Source: a virus (Duplodnaviria > Caudoviricetes). From it: a stretch of DNA of 64,000 bases. Of the stretch, positions 1 to 9,629 are shown in pieces (position 1 is the stretch's first letter; each line of letters begins with the position of its first letter). The translations under genes and the position numbers were made by a program. The notes beneath the pieces are model-generated. The model did no database searches, had not been told where the DNA came from, and saw nothing but the letters and a program-made list of their open reading frames with translations. The DNA is taken from IMG/VR virus record IMGVR_UViG_3300033121_000954, positions 32,001 through 96,000 of that record; one strand, 5' to 3'.

Positions 1-89
1 CATCTCGGGGATGAATAATACGAGTTCTTAACTACTTCGGAGAGTTTAGTTACCTTCCCATGAACGTCGCCAACGAATGTTAGTTTCAT
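1..89 (-). CDS. Partial metallophosphoesterase (calcineurin-like), N-terminus only
   Basis: Manual translation from ATG at 89 gives MKLTFVGDVHGK..., the GDxHG motif I; the ORF runs off the window edge. Confidence 0.65.
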   Translation of the reverse strand, partial: MKLTFVGDVHGKVTKLSEVVKNSYYSSPR

Positions 90-352
90 AATTCAGATAT
101 AGATGTAATACTTGATAACGACCCAATTACCAAGTCCTTAAAAAAGGACATTTTTTGAGACTTGGTTAACGCATTTGGAGTGGCAATTCGTTTGGTATAA
201 CATAATTTGCCCTCCATCAAATATTGGAATGTAAATTTACTGGGGTCAAGTTTATATCCATACAACACCACCTCAACATCATTGTATTGAGGATAAAATT
301 TGACAAACACCTGCGGAGCAACATTGTAAGTTTCAACTTTTACCTTTTTCAT
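86..352 (-). CDS. Hypothetical protein
   Basis: 88 aa ORF, 4-nt overlap with the next gene. Confidence 0.6.
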   Translation of the reverse strand: MKKVKVETYNVAPQVFVKFYPQYNDVEVVLYGYKLDPSKFTFQYLMEGKLCYTKRIATPNALTKSQKMSFFKDLVIGSLSSITSISEL

Positions 353-364
353 AATTGTTCTTGT

Positions 365-577
365 TTATATTGAATAATATATGTCGTTAAATGTGCATTC
401 AGTATTCAATAGTGATTCAAGATAATTTTTAACATATTGATCATTGGTTGTTTGAATGATCTCCATATACACTACACGAGTGTGAGTCTGTATGTCATTG
501 TTGAATAATACACGCTGCCCGTACTTGTCAACAACTCTACTATTTGCTTTTTTAAGTTGTGCAGTGGTGAATTTCAT
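365..577 (-). CDS. Hypothetical early protein (start revised to ATG 577, MKFTTAQ)
   Basis: The ORF-track start (628) lies inside the promoter at 603-654. Confidence 0.6.
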   Translation of the reverse strand: MKFTTAQLKKANSRVVDKYGQRVLFNNDIQTHTRVVYMEIIQTTNDQYVKNYLESLLNTECTFNDIYYSI

Positions 578-602
578 AATCTCGTTGTTTTTAATTATGC
601 AA

Positions 603-654
603 CAAAGATACGAGCATGAGGAATACAATCCAAATCATTAACAATATATTAACA
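603..654 (-). promoter_or_regulatory. Bacteroidota-type promoter with upstream TGTTAA direct repeat
   Basis: Minus strand TGTTAATATATTGTTAATGA-TTTG-N20-TATCTTTG. Confidence 0.85.
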
Positions 655-664
655 TTGAGATTTT

Positions 665-937
665 TTATTTTTCAAAAATATAAATTTCGTATGATTCGTT
701 GTATCGTACATACGAATGGGTTGAAACTAACCGATAGCCGTTGGCATAGCGGTCATATACCATTTCGGTCATAGTTTTCCACTGCAACGTTTTTTGTTTT
801 TCGTTGTCCCAACCATAGATATACGGGTCTTTATTTACATGACGCTCAACCTGCGCTATATAAACCTGTTTATTCGGAGTTTGGAATGCTGTAAATACCA
901 ATCCCAAAAATGCGAGTAATAAAACTAAATTTTTCAT
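665..937 (-). CDS. Small secreted or membrane-anchored hypothetical protein
   Basis: N-terminal hydrophobic signal-like segment. Confidence 0.6.
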   Translation of the reverse strand: MKNLVLLLAFLGLVFTAFQTPNKQVYIAQVERHVNKDPYIYGWDNEKQKTLQWKTMTEMVYDRYANGYRLVSTHSYVRYNESYEIYIFEK

Positions 938-990
938 TGTCGTAAAAATAAATTTCCCGAACGAATGTCGGATGTGAATAATTTGAAAAT

Positions 991-1016
991 ATACCGATCC
1001 AATGTTGGATCGGTAT
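991..1016 (-). terminator. Stem-loop, probable intrinsic terminator
   Basis: Inverted repeat ATACCGATCCAA/TTGGATCGGTAT, followed by ATTTT on the minus strand. Confidence 0.6.
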
Positions 1017-1142
1017 TGTTGTGAAATTTTTAAATTTGCAAATGAGTATTTACATTGCGAAAATACAAACTTTGCATTAGGTATGGATGTTGTAAAATTG
1101 CGGCAAATAGCAGAGCCGAAATGGATAATGGTATATTTGGAT

Positions 1143-1349
1143 TCACTTGCTTCTGAGTACTTGTTTAAAAAAAATGTTTGAAACTACCATGTATATTGCA
1201 ATGTACAGTAAAATCACACCAACCCATCCTACCGAAAACATTTCGTTTATTTGTTTGCCGAAATACGGTTGCAATATTAAAACATTCAGATACACATCAA
1301 TTAGTATGGAAATTAGTAAAATACTAATGTCAATTAGTTGTCGTTTCAT
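1143..1349 (-). CDS. Small two-TM membrane protein
   Basis: Two hydrophobic segments. Confidence 0.55.
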   Translation of the reverse strand: MKRQLIDISILLISILIDVYLNVLILQPYFGKQINEMFSVGWVGVILLYIAIYMVVSNIFFKQVLRSK

Positions 1350-1486
1350 ACCAACCAGTTGAATATGATTATAATTAACATAATAGTCATCAAACAGCCA
1401 CCACCACGTTTTTGTTTTGGTGGAATATATCCATTTTTAGGATAGGTTTGAGTATGTCGCTTGATAGTGTATCTATATCGTCCCAT
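1346..1486 (-). CDS. Small membrane protein (46 aa, not in ORF track)
   Basis: Manual translation MGRYRYTIKRH...GGGCLMTIMLIIIIFNWLV; overlaps both neighbours by 1-4 nt. Confidence 0.5.
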   Translation of the reverse strand: MGRYRYTIKRHTQTYPKNGYIPPKQKRGGGCLMTIMLIIIIFNWLV

Positions 1487-1941
1487 TATTTATACAACAA
1501 ATTAAATGTTACATAATTTCCAAGTGAGTATCCCACAAAACTCGCGCCCACTCTCAATGCGTATTCCTTCCAAGATACTTTTTTGCCGATTGTGATAGAA
1601 CACCCAGCAGCAAATCCAAATACTTGAGTACTGGATGCCAGTAAATGCTTTGCATCTGTAAAATGCACCGGGACATTTGCGCCAAGTATTTTCTTGCGAC
1701 CCAAATCTGGATTACCGCCAACATACTTGTTCCGCCAACTAACTTCAGGATTCCAAAACTGCGGATTTGCTTTTGGAAAACGGGCGCTAAATTCGCCCCA
1801 GTGGTGCGACGTTTTTTCATGCAAGCCCCAAGCAGCCCCACTGCAAAAACTAAGCGTAGCGGGCAAAATAAGGGCATTGTAATTGATTTTTTGCCCAAGT
1901 AAAAAGGTTGGAAAAAGTAGAAAAATGATAAAAGGTTTCAT
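1486..1941 (-). CDS. Hypothetical membrane protein
   Basis: 151 aa, several hydrophobic segments, coupled to its neighbours. Confidence 0.65.
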   Translation of the reverse strand: MKPFIIFLLFPTFLLGQKINYNALILPATLSFCSGAAWGLHEKTSHHWGEFSARFPKANPQFWNPEVSWRNKYVGGNPDLGRKKILGANVPVHFTDAKHLLASSTQVFGFAAGCSITIGKKVSWKEYALRVGASFVGYSLGNYVTFNLLYK

Positions 1942-2225
1942 AACTGTTTTTGAATTTTATGAATGACTCGCACATCGCATTTCTTTTGTGATTTGCGTTT
2001 TTTATAGCGGAACCCCAAAATATCCGATGTGGATTGTTTGGCAGGTTTAAAATCGTATGTTTCAAACGAACATGAATATACAGCACCATTCCACCCTTCA
2101 TAAATACGCGAATGGGATTTGCTTTCCTCACGGAAATTCAAACAAAATTGCGTGAAGGGGTTGGTTGGACTTTTGAATTTATTCGCAGCCCACTTCGCAA
2201 CTGACTTAAAATAATGATATTTCAT
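1938..2225 (-). CDS. Hypothetical protein
   Basis: 95 aa ORF within the operon. Confidence 0.5.
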   Translation of the reverse strand: MKYHYFKSVAKWAANKFKSPTNPFTQFCLNFREESKSHSRIYEGWNGAVYSCSFETYDFKPAKQSTSDILGFRYKKRKSQKKCDVRVIHKIQKQL

Positions 2226-2350
2226 ATTTCAAATTTGTTGATTTAAAAAATGCAATCGCATCTTCAAATTGTCCACTGGTCATTGGGTAAACCGTGTGTG
2301 TATAATGCCACTTCGTTGGAGATTCCCAATAAATTGGCAAAAATATTCCG

Positions 2351-2839
2351 TCAGTATTGCAAACTTTTATAATCATCACCTTTAAGTTTTTTTAATACAT
2401 CCTTCAAAATTTCAGTTGAAACCTTACTGGTCGTATTGACGCTTTCAAACACAATTTCCAATATTTTCTCGGGTGCGAATCTTTTAATGGTTGGCCACAT
2501 ATCATGTAATGTACCCAACACCAACGCTTTATGTTCAACACTCATACCATCTGAAACTTCAGCAAATAAATCAATGACCTGACTTATCTTGGATATGGAT
2601 TGTTTGGCAACTATTGGTGTATATCCGATGATTGGATATAAGTATCGTTGTTCACACACGTCAACGACTAAGTGATAATTTGCATCCAACCAATCGTTTT
2701 GTTGGTCAAATGCGGAAACTGTGTATGGGTTGTTCAAAAAACTCAATTCCTTTTCCTCAAACTCTGGAGTTTCAAAGGTATGGTTAAAATGAACCACTCG
2801 CCCATGATCCAATGCTGATATTTTAACTTTGAATTTCAT
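2351..2839 (-). CDS. Hypothetical protein
   Basis: 162 aa ORF within the operon. Confidence 0.6.
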   Translation of the reverse strand: MKFKVKISALDHGRVVHFNHTFETPEFEEKELSFLNNPYTVSAFDQQNDWLDANYHLVVDVCEQRYLYPIIGYTPIVAKQSISKISQVIDLFAEVSDGMSVEHKALVLGTLHDMWPTIKRFAPEKILEIVFESVNTTSKVSTEILKDVLKKLKGDDYKSLQY

Positions 2840-3125
2840 AAAGTATTTGCGCGTATTGTTCCGGATTCAATCTATCCATGCTTCCAATATGCCATTCGAT
2901 TACTGAATCTGGGTGATTGGTAGGTGAAGATGATTCCTTCCAATCGTAAATTGTAAAAACTGTCCCATCCTGTAATTCAAATTGCCACTCACAAGTGACC
3001 TTTTCATCATCCCAATATTCTGGTTTCCCAAATACTTTAACCATCGCATTTAATGATGCGATGATAGTTTGGTTGTGAAATGAAGTTCCATTGGTTGATT
3101 GGCGGGTAGGTTTGATGTTTTTCAT
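2823..3125 (-). CDS. Hypothetical phage early protein
   Basis: 100 aa, directly downstream of the promoter at 3146-3198. Confidence 0.7.
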   Translation of the reverse strand: MKNIKPTRQSTNGTSFHNQTIIASLNAMVKVFGKPEYWDDEKVTCEWQFELQDGTVFTIYDWKESSSPTNHPDSVIEWHIGSMDRLNPEQYAQILYEIQS

Positions 3126-3145
3126 GTCGTTTAAATTTTATGCAA

Positions 3146-3198
3146 CAAAGATACGGATGTCAGGTATTAACTTCCAAATCATTAACAGTATATTAACA
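3146..3198 (-). promoter_or_regulatory. Bacteroidota-type promoter with TGTTAA direct repeat
   Basis: TGTTAATATACTGTTAATGA-TTTG-N21-TATCTTTG. Confidence 0.85.
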
Positions 3199-3240
3199 AA
3201 ATGCCCTAAGACTGACGGGAGCGGGGGTTGGAGGGATTGA

Positions 3241-5196
3241 TTAATCATTTATAAATGATAGCAGATATTCATATTTCTCGCCTGTGCCCTTATTGAAGTG
3301 GTCAGTATTTGATGAGATGAAATATTCAACACATTCACCTTTAAAAACATCTCGCATAGATTTTGGAATATTGACTACTAAATTCGGCAATGTTATCAGT
3401 TTGGTAATGAATGATGCTTTCCAGTCATCAAAGTTCAAATATTTGACTGGGTTTGAATAAATTTCAAGATCAAAATATGGAATACTGGTAAATGACAAAT
3501 CAACATTTTGAATTGAAGTAATATCAAAATCTTCAAGTTTACAATTGTGCAATTCAACGTCTGTAAAATTTTTAGATAATTCAAGTAATTCATTAAACGT
3601 TTCAATATTCGGTTCACATCCAATATATTTTCCAGTTGGATATTTTGCCTTGAAACCAAGAAGACGACCACCAAATCCACAACATGGATCAAAAACAACA
3701 GGCTTTACAGATTCACCTAAAAAGTGAGTATATATGGATGCTGCCAATAATGGCTTGAAGAATGATACTGCATGTCTTGTAACTGATAATCCTCTTACTA
3801 ACTGGTGCAAACTAAAATCAAATATCTCGCTTGAATTATTTAACCCGATTCTGTATTTAATCACTCTTTCCATTGTCTTATCATCTTCCCATGCTTCAAT
3901 TGGGGATTTTCGTCCTTTAAATGAAGATTTCCAATATGACTCAAAATTAGACTTCAAATATGAATTGCCAATTGAATAGCAATTCGCATTGAAATTATTA
4001 CCATTGTGAATTGCAGTCACATCATATTTACTAATTGTAGATATTACGTCGGAGATTGTTTCTTCTGTTGGGATTGTTGGGAATTTCGGTTGGAATATTC
4101 TAACAAATCTTAAAAAGATTTTCCAGTATTTATTTAGATTATCTGCGCCACGTTTGTCTATATATTTTTTCAGATATTCCTTCGTAACAAATTTAGTAAA
4201 AAAATCAAAGGTAAAATCTTGCTCATATGACAATTCCCATATATCTTCAAAGGTAATTGCCCGCTTTATTTTTTTTAACTTGGTGGTACTAATCCTGATT
4301 AATTCATATTCTCCAAACTGCTTTACAAGATTGGTCTTTTTAAAATCATTTTGGACTGAATTTAATTGAGTTATTGTCATATTACTCATGTTAGACATGT
4401 GGTAGGCGACACCATCTATTTCAATTAAATAATTGTGAAATTTTATATCAAATTCATGCCCATTGTATATGACCTTCTCGCCCCCTAAATCATTCATTGT
4501 TTTTACTTGAATCTTAGAATCTCCTAAATTATGCTCATTCCGCCAATTTCTATCAGTAAATTCGCATTCATAACCATATCTATCTAATTTAGTCTTTTTG
4601 CCTTTCTCAATATTTACATAATCTTCATCTCCAAAATTCTTTAACTTTGTAGCCTTTATTTGTGCAATTCCTTCAGGGGTTGATGTGAATGTTTTTGCAC
4701 CATATATTCTCAAATTAGTTTCCACCATTTTGGCAGTATTGCGGTATTTCTCATCACCATAATTTTCTAAAAATGTTTGCTTCGCCTTTTCTAAATTATT
4801 ATATCTGGGATCTCCGTGGTTGGCTAATTTGGTTTCAGCAATCTTGACGATGGATTCTGGAAGTTCCATTGGATTATCAACGCCGTAATTCCTTTGAAAT
4901 GTTCGCCTTCCACCTTCTGCAATTTTCTTTTTAGTTTCCTCAGTGTGTAATTTTCTTGGGAAGTGGTTCTTTGTATAATCACTAAAGAATGTTGGTTCGT
5001 AACTAAAAAATTGCATTACAGTACCGCATCCACATTTGCAAAGTGGATTTTGGTCATTAAAATAAAAATGAACTACATACGATTCGTATGAATATTCCGG
5101 ATGGTGCTTTTTAATGTGATTGATTAGTCTGTTTTGGGTAGAGTGTTCTACGCCGCAAATTTTGCAATTTAAATCCTTTTCCATTTTAAGTTTCAT
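3241..5196 (-). CDS. Homing-endonuclease-like protein (C2H2 finger, CxCGCG, KxxYG repeats, PD-(D/E)xK) fused to a DNA methyltransferase
   Basis: CKIC...HIKKHH, CKCGCG, FDIKF..IEIDG..YH; C-terminal FDPCCGFGGRL (SAM binding) and FTSIPYFDLEIY (SPPY-like). Confidence 0.75.
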   Translation of the reverse strand: MKLKMEKDLNCKICGVEHSTQNRLINHIKKHHPEYSYESYVVHFYFNDQNPLCKCGCGTVMQFFSYEPTFFSDYTKNHFPRKLHTEETKKKIAEGGRRTFQRNYGVDNPMELPESIVKIAETKLANHGDPRYNNLEKAKQTFLENYGDEKYRNTAKMVETNLRIYGAKTFTSTPEGIAQIKATKLKNFGDEDYVNIEKGKKTKLDRYGYECEFTDRNWRNEHNLGDSKIQVKTMNDLGGEKVIYNGHEFDIKFHNYLIEIDGVAYHMSNMSNMTITQLNSVQNDFKKTNLVKQFGEYELIRISTTKLKKIKRAITFEDIWELSYEQDFTFDFFTKFVTKEYLKKYIDKRGADNLNKYWKIFLRFVRIFQPKFPTIPTEETISDVISTISKYDVTAIHNGNNFNANCYSIGNSYLKSNFESYWKSSFKGRKSPIEAWEDDKTMERVIKYRIGLNNSSEIFDFSLHQLVRGLSVTRHAVSFFKPLLAASIYTHFLGESVKPVVFDPCCGFGGRLLGFKAKYPTGKYIGCEPNIETFNELLELSKNFTDVELHNCKLEDFDITSIQNVDLSFTSIPYFDLEIYSNPVKYLNFDDWKASFITKLITLPNLVVNIPKSMRDVFKGECVEYFISSNTDHFNKGTGEKYEYLLSFIND

Positions 5197-5202
5197 TATT
5201 TA

Positions 5203-5254
5203 CAAAGATAAATAAAATTTCGCGCATTTCCAAACAAATAACATTACATTAACA
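5203..5254 (-). promoter_or_regulatory. Bacteroidota-type promoter giving a near-leaderless transcript
   Basis: TGTTAATGTAATGTTAT..TTTG-N20-TATCTTTG, 6 nt from the ATG. Confidence 0.75.
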
Positions 5255-5289
5255 AAAAAGGTCTTATCCGATTTCTCAGATAAGACCTT
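5254..5289 (-). terminator. Intrinsic terminator after the major capsid gene
   Basis: Stem AAGGTCTTATC/GATAAGACCTT with a T-run on the minus strand. Confidence 0.8.
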
Positions 5290-5318
5290 ATAATTTATTC
5301 CGTCAAATTTAATACAAC

Positions 5319-6989
5319 TTACAGAGTATTAAGACCTTCTACATAGATTTTACCATAATATTCTGGGCGAAGCATACCTTTTGAGTACCTCGTGAGTACC
5401 CCCTTACGCGGAGTGAAGTTGTCGGGGTCTAATACCATCGGAGTCATCATGAGCGGGACATATGGTGCATAAAACGCACCCGTTTCCAACCAGTTACTAC
5501 CTCTAAAGCCCATCAAAATTACATTCTCTTTCATGTAAGGATTTTTCCATACTTGGAAGCGATTGTTAATTTGACCAATTTTCTGAGCGCCCATCGCGAA
5601 GGATGATTTATTACCGTCCGTATCGGCAGCATATCCGGGAATACTTTCCAAAATTGTTGCTACAAGCGGAGAACATACCAAGAAGTTTGCTCCACCACGA
5701 ACAGTTGCTTGGTGAATCCGGTTGCTCATTTTCTGAATCTTTGTACCAATCGTTTGGAACCAAGATTGTTGAGTGTATGCCGTCAAGTTTGCAGTTACTG
5801 GTGAAAATGCGCTTGAACCGTTAAATTCATAACCAATTCGCATTGACCAAGCATCAGTATGTTGTGCATCGTGTGTCAACATGTCCAAAATTTCCAAGTC
5901 AATTTCTTGTGCAATGTATTCGCCCAAAATACCAGTCAATTCAGCCTCTGCGTCAATATTCTGGTATGCGTTCAAATCTTGTGCAAATTCAGGTGTCCAT
6001 TTTGCTTTCAGTTTCCGAGTTTTTGCGACAATCGGGTCACTTCGCAGTTCAAGACTCAATTCTGGAATGTCCAGATTGGCATCAACATTTGAACCTGCCT
6101 GTGTCTTACCTGCTTCAAAATCACCACGAGTAATTGCAGTAGGCTGTTTATGATAGTTTACCACGATTCTATCAGCCGCTGCCAATGCAGAACCAGAAAT
6201 CAAAAATTGAATAGTTCCGGCGGATTTGTTATATTTCGTAAATTCTTGATAAACATCGTACACATATGAGTTTGTAGAATTTGAAAGTGTAAATCCGCGA
6301 ACCCCTACCGGGTCAAAACTTGAAATGGATGAGGTTGAAATCGTAACTTTATGAATAGATGAACCACCAACCAACAAGGATTGGCTAAATTCGCTATTAA
6401 AGTTGTAATCAACTGCACTTACAGAACCTGTAATAAACTGGGTTGAACTTACAGAACTATTAACACCCAATGCAGAACTGGAATAGTCGTTGATTGAATA
6501 ACCAAAACGACCCGGACCATACAGACCTTCTGTCGGAGTTGCCCAACCATAACTGGCAGCCGTCCCTTTATTGGAATCGCTTACACCAAATACACTATCG
6601 TTTTGTGAATCTTTACCAGCACCAGTGTTGAACCCGGGTTGACCAGTACCATATTTAATATCCAGCCAGAATACAAGACCCGAAGGCAGGTTCATCGGCT
6701 GAACACTAACAAATTCTTTTGCACTTACATCTGCAAAAATTCGGCGAATAAGGGGAAGCGCAATACCTGCCCATTCTTCGCTACCTGCCACAGTACCAGT
6801 TTGGTTTGCTTCGGTTACAAGTTGGCGGGCTTGGTTTTCAAGAAGTTGGGCCATATTGCCTTTTTCTGGACCTTGAAGACCTTCCAAAAGACCTGTACGT
6901 TCCCATTTTTTGGTCAACGCTTTTGCTGCATTACGCTGATTCATATATGCGTCTTTTGGCAAAAGGTTACCTAAATTGAAATTACTCAT
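5319..6989 (-). CDS. gp23: Major capsid protein, T4 gp23 family
   Basis: LLENQ, VSVQPMNLPSGLVF, AKTRKLKAKWTPEFAQDLNAY, EIDLEI, GAFYAPYVPL, FTPRKGVLTRY. Confidence 0.97.
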   Translation of the reverse strand: MSNFNLGNLLPKDAYMNQRNAAKALTKKWERTGLLEGLQGPEKGNMAQLLENQARQLVTEANQTGTVAGSEEWAGIALPLIRRIFADVSAKEFVSVQPMNLPSGLVFWLDIKYGTGQPGFNTGAGKDSQNDSVFGVSDSNKGTAASYGWATPTEGLYGPGRFGYSINDYSSSALGVNSSVSSTQFITGSVSAVDYNFNSEFSQSLLVGGSSIHKVTISTSSISSFDPVGVRGFTLSNSTNSYVYDVYQEFTKYNKSAGTIQFLISGSALAAADRIVVNYHKQPTAITRGDFEAGKTQAGSNVDANLDIPELSLELRSDPIVAKTRKLKAKWTPEFAQDLNAYQNIDAEAELTGILGEYIAQEIDLEILDMLTHDAQHTDAWSMRIGYEFNGSSAFSPVTANLTAYTQQSWFQTIGTKIQKMSNRIHQATVRGGANFLVCSPLVATILESIPGYAADTDGNKSSFAMGAQKIGQINNRFQVWKNPYMKENVILMGFRGSNWLETGAFYAPYVPLMMTPMVLDPDNFTPRKGVLTRYSKGMLRPEYYGKIYVEGLNTL

Positions 6990-7025
6990 TTATTCATTTT
7001 CTCCTGTGTTTTTTTGTTTTTTAAA

Positions 7026-7976
7026 TTACCACACAATCGGCTTGATACCAGCCAACTGTTGGAAACGGTTGATTGTCAACCCTTCATTGATATTTTGTTT
7101 TTCGCGATCTGTGCGAGTAGGATTTACTGCACGAACTGGGCGAGAAGATGCACCTTCGGTAATCTTCTTTTTTGCGATTGGCTTTTTATTGAACGATTCG
7201 GCGATAGTCGTATAGACCAATTTGACTTCTCGGACTGAATTACACCGATCAAAACTGTTAAGTACTCGTGTTTGTTGGGCTTCAGTGAGCGGATATTCGC
7301 GCACGGTACGAGTAATGAACATCAGTTTAGCATTGACTAAATTGACCTCGTTAATTGCCTTTTTCAATTCGGTGACTGCTTTGTATGCTTGGTTGTTTTC
7401 TCGGACAAGTTTTGCGTTTTCTTTCCGAAGCCGACGAACTTCTGTGTTCATTGTGCTGGAACTTGGCGAATCGGTGTATGCTCCACCATCATCGTTACAC
7501 TCTTCGTCCAGTTCTTCCATGTCTTCGCCGTCCAACTCATTCATAAGCAGTTCCATCAAATCATCGTCAGTCATGTCGTCGCCTTCATCCATCATTGGCT
7601 CTTCTTCAAAATCTTCGCCTTCCATTGTCATATCTTCTTCCGGAAATTCTTCTTCACCATCACCTTCAAGTTCACGAATCAACGCTTCAAGATTTAATTC
7701 ATCATCTTCTTCAGGTGCTTCATCTTCTTCAGGTGCTGGCTCGTCTTCCCCGTCACCAAAGCCAACGGCTGGTTCATCTTCTACTTCTGGCTCTTCGGTG
7801 TCAAATTCAATGTCGACTTCAAAGTCTTCATCTTCTTCTTGAAGTTTTGTAGAAATCATGCGTTGTAACGATGGTTGGAAGGTTTCTTCCAATGTAATTT
7901 TTGCGTTTGCCATTGCAGTCTTTTTCACTTCTTTTGCATGTGCAATTGCAGAGTTCAATAAATCTAATTTTGCCAT
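7026..7976 (-). CDS. Prohead core scaffold protein (gp22-like)
   Basis: Highly acidic middle, coiled coil, EVNLVNAKL motif, directly upstream of MCP. Confidence 0.8.
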   Translation of the reverse strand: MAKLDLLNSAIAHAKEVKKTAMANAKITLEETFQPSLQRMISTKLQEEDEDFEVDIEFDTEEPEVEDEPAVGFGDGEDEPAPEEDEAPEEDDELNLEALIRELEGDGEEEFPEEDMTMEGEDFEEEPMMDEGDDMTDDDLMELLMNELDGEDMEELDEECNDDGGAYTDSPSSSTMNTEVRRLRKENAKLVRENNQAYKAVTELKKAINEVNLVNAKLMFITRTVREYPLTEAQQTRVLNSFDRCNSVREVKLVYTTIAESFNKKPIAKKKITEGASSRPVRAVNPTRTDREKQNINEGLTINRFQQLAGIKPIVW

Positions 7977-8073
7977 TAATAAATTTCTCCTGGACTTGTA
8001 TAAATCTATTATAAAGATTTAATATAAAGTGGTTAGTTTCGGTATAGGATTGATTATTTGAAATCAATATTTA

Positions 8074-8083
8074 ATATAAATAT
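8074..8083 (-). promoter_or_regulatory. Candidate late promoter ATATTTATAT
   Basis: Intergenic, upstream of scaffold/MCP; an identical 10-mer occurs at 36958-36967. Confidence 0.4.
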
Positions 8084-8086
8084 TAT

Positions 8087-8449
8087 TCATTTTTTAAAAA
8101 CCTGTTTTATCGCCATTTCAATTTTTTTATCCGCCTCCTGTAAGATGCGAATGACTTCAAGCGATAAGTTAGTTTTAATTTCTTCTAATTTGGTTTTCAA
8201 TCCGTCGGTAATTTCTGGCGACGATTGATCTCTGGTTGTTGCCGTGGCCTCATACGCACGAATTAGTTTATCCAACTGTGGCGGGAGTGGTTTCAATTTC
8301 ATTATTTTTGCCTCACCGCCTCCATATAAACTAATCTTCAATTCAACTTGCCCTTCCTTTCCGGGCTTCAGTTCAATCCCATCATTAAATCCCCCATTTG
8401 CGTAGGTTAATTCATATTTTAGGGTTTCATCCTTTTGTGGTTGTGCCAT
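8087..8449 (-). CDS. Hypothetical protein
   Basis: 120 aa, AAGGA 8 nt upstream. Confidence 0.65.
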   Translation of the reverse strand: MAQPQKDETLKYELTYANGGFNDGIELKPGKEGQVELKISLYGGGEAKIMKLKPLPPQLDKLIRAYEATATTRDQSSPEITDGLKTKLEEIKTNLSLEVIRILQEADKKIEMAIKQVFKK

Positions 8450-8675
8450 CTTCCAAATCCTTTACAGATTGTATGTATTTTGCTTTCTCTCGTTGTAATC
8501 GTTTTGTTTTACTAACGGAGTCAAACCAACGTCGCTCATAACATTCAACCATCAAATTTGATTGTTTTGTTTGACGTTTTAGTGTACGAAGTGCAGCAAC
8601 TATGTCGCCATTTACTGCAATTGCGCCGGGTTTGCCGGGAATCATTGACTTGAATTTTTTTGAATCTGGGTGCAT
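8427..8675 (-). CDS. rpsU: Phage-encoded ribosomal protein bS21
   Basis: VNGDIVAALRTLKRQ..E..ERRWF..S..KR..REKAKYIQ fits the bS21 pattern, including the Bacteroidota-like C-terminal KAxYIQ; the location among head genes is typical of phage bS21. Confidence 0.8.
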   Translation of the reverse strand: MHPDSKKFKSMIPGKPGAIAVNGDIVAALRTLKRQTKQSNLMVECYERRWFDSVSKTKRLQREKAKYIQSVKDLEDGTTTKG

Positions 8676-8676
8676 T

Positions 8677-9030
8677 TTAAAATTTAAGATATTCTTCTTC
8701 TTTTAACGTTTTTAAAAAATATTTTGCAAATTCTTTGCGTTCTTCTGGATTTAGTGGTAGATCACCAAACTCTTTTTTATATGCTGGTCGGACATAGAGT
8801 GTAAAATAGTTGCCCAGTGATTTAATTGCGCCAGATTCCTGAAACGTACCTTTGTCAATAAATTTCTGGAGCGACGGAACAAACGTTTTATGCAATATAT
8901 TATATAGCCGTGAGTCATTTTCAGCATACAATATTGCCTCTTTCACGGCATCATGGTCAATAGCAGCCTCGCGGAGTATTTGTTCCACTAATGGACGCAA
9001 TAAAGTTTTAATTCTTTGTGTATTTTTCAT
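8677..9030 (-). CDS. Putative internal head protein (PLVEQILRE leader)
   Basis: Shared leader motif; GAGGT upstream. Confidence 0.6.
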   Translation of the reverse strand: MKNTQRIKTLLRPLVEQILREAAIDHDAVKEAILYAENDSRLYNILHKTFVPSLQKFIDKGTFQESGAIKSLGNYFTLYVRPAYKKEFGDLPLNPEERKEFAKYFLKTLKEEEYLKF

Positions 9031-9032
9031 TT

Positions 9033-9629
9033 TTATACCTCATAATATCTACTTAAACCAACTCCTATGTTTTCATAGCATGATTCAAGTCGTTGTTGTA
9101 AAATGTGCATTTCATTGCAAGTCTTTTCAAACATTTTATAATTTTCTCGGATTGTCTTAAAATCACGATTCATAGAAAGTGAATCAAAGTCAAATCCATT
9201 CTGTGTTTCGTTGATACTGAATCCTTCCGCAGATTCTATCAGCGAACCAACCGTCTTTGCAATTTCTTTCAATTTTTTAGAACGATATATTTCGTTTTTA
9301 AAACTTGAAAATTGCCGGAGTGATTCCAAAAAGGCATTTCGCTCTTCTTTAGAATATTTCAGTTCAGTTTCTATGAGATATTTTTTTAAATCATATTTTC
9401 GCATTTCAGTCAACCCTTTTGATTTAGCAAATGCTTTTGCACCATTTAAACTTGGATGTGATCCCCAGTCTTTAACTACATTGTTATCATTATCAATAAC
9501 ATATAAACTATATTTATCTTCATTTCCCGGATTTCTATGTGAACTTAAATCTCGCTTGGTCACAACAAATTCATTACCACCAGATGCTGGAGCACGGAAT
9601 AAAATTGATTTGTTAAGTATTTTTTTCAT
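9033..9629 (-). CDS. Hypothetical head-module protein
   Basis: ATG 9629 is coupled to the protease stop; internal LTE and LIE sites. Confidence 0.6.
   Translation of the reverse strand: MKKILNKSILFRAPASGGNEFVVTKRDLSSHRNPGNEDKYSLYVIDNDNNVVKDWGSHPSLNGAKAFAKSKGLTEMRKYDLKKYLIETELKYSKEERNAFLESLRQFSSFKNEIYRSKKLKEIAKTVGSLIESAEGFSINETQNGFDFDSLSMNRDFKTIRENYKMFEKTCNEMHILQQRLESCYENIGVGLSRYYEV

Noticed and set aside
3217-3235. G-rich patch GGGAGCGGGGGTTGGAGGG as a G-quadruplex
   Set aside because: Only three tracts of three or more G, a single occurrence, and no other support
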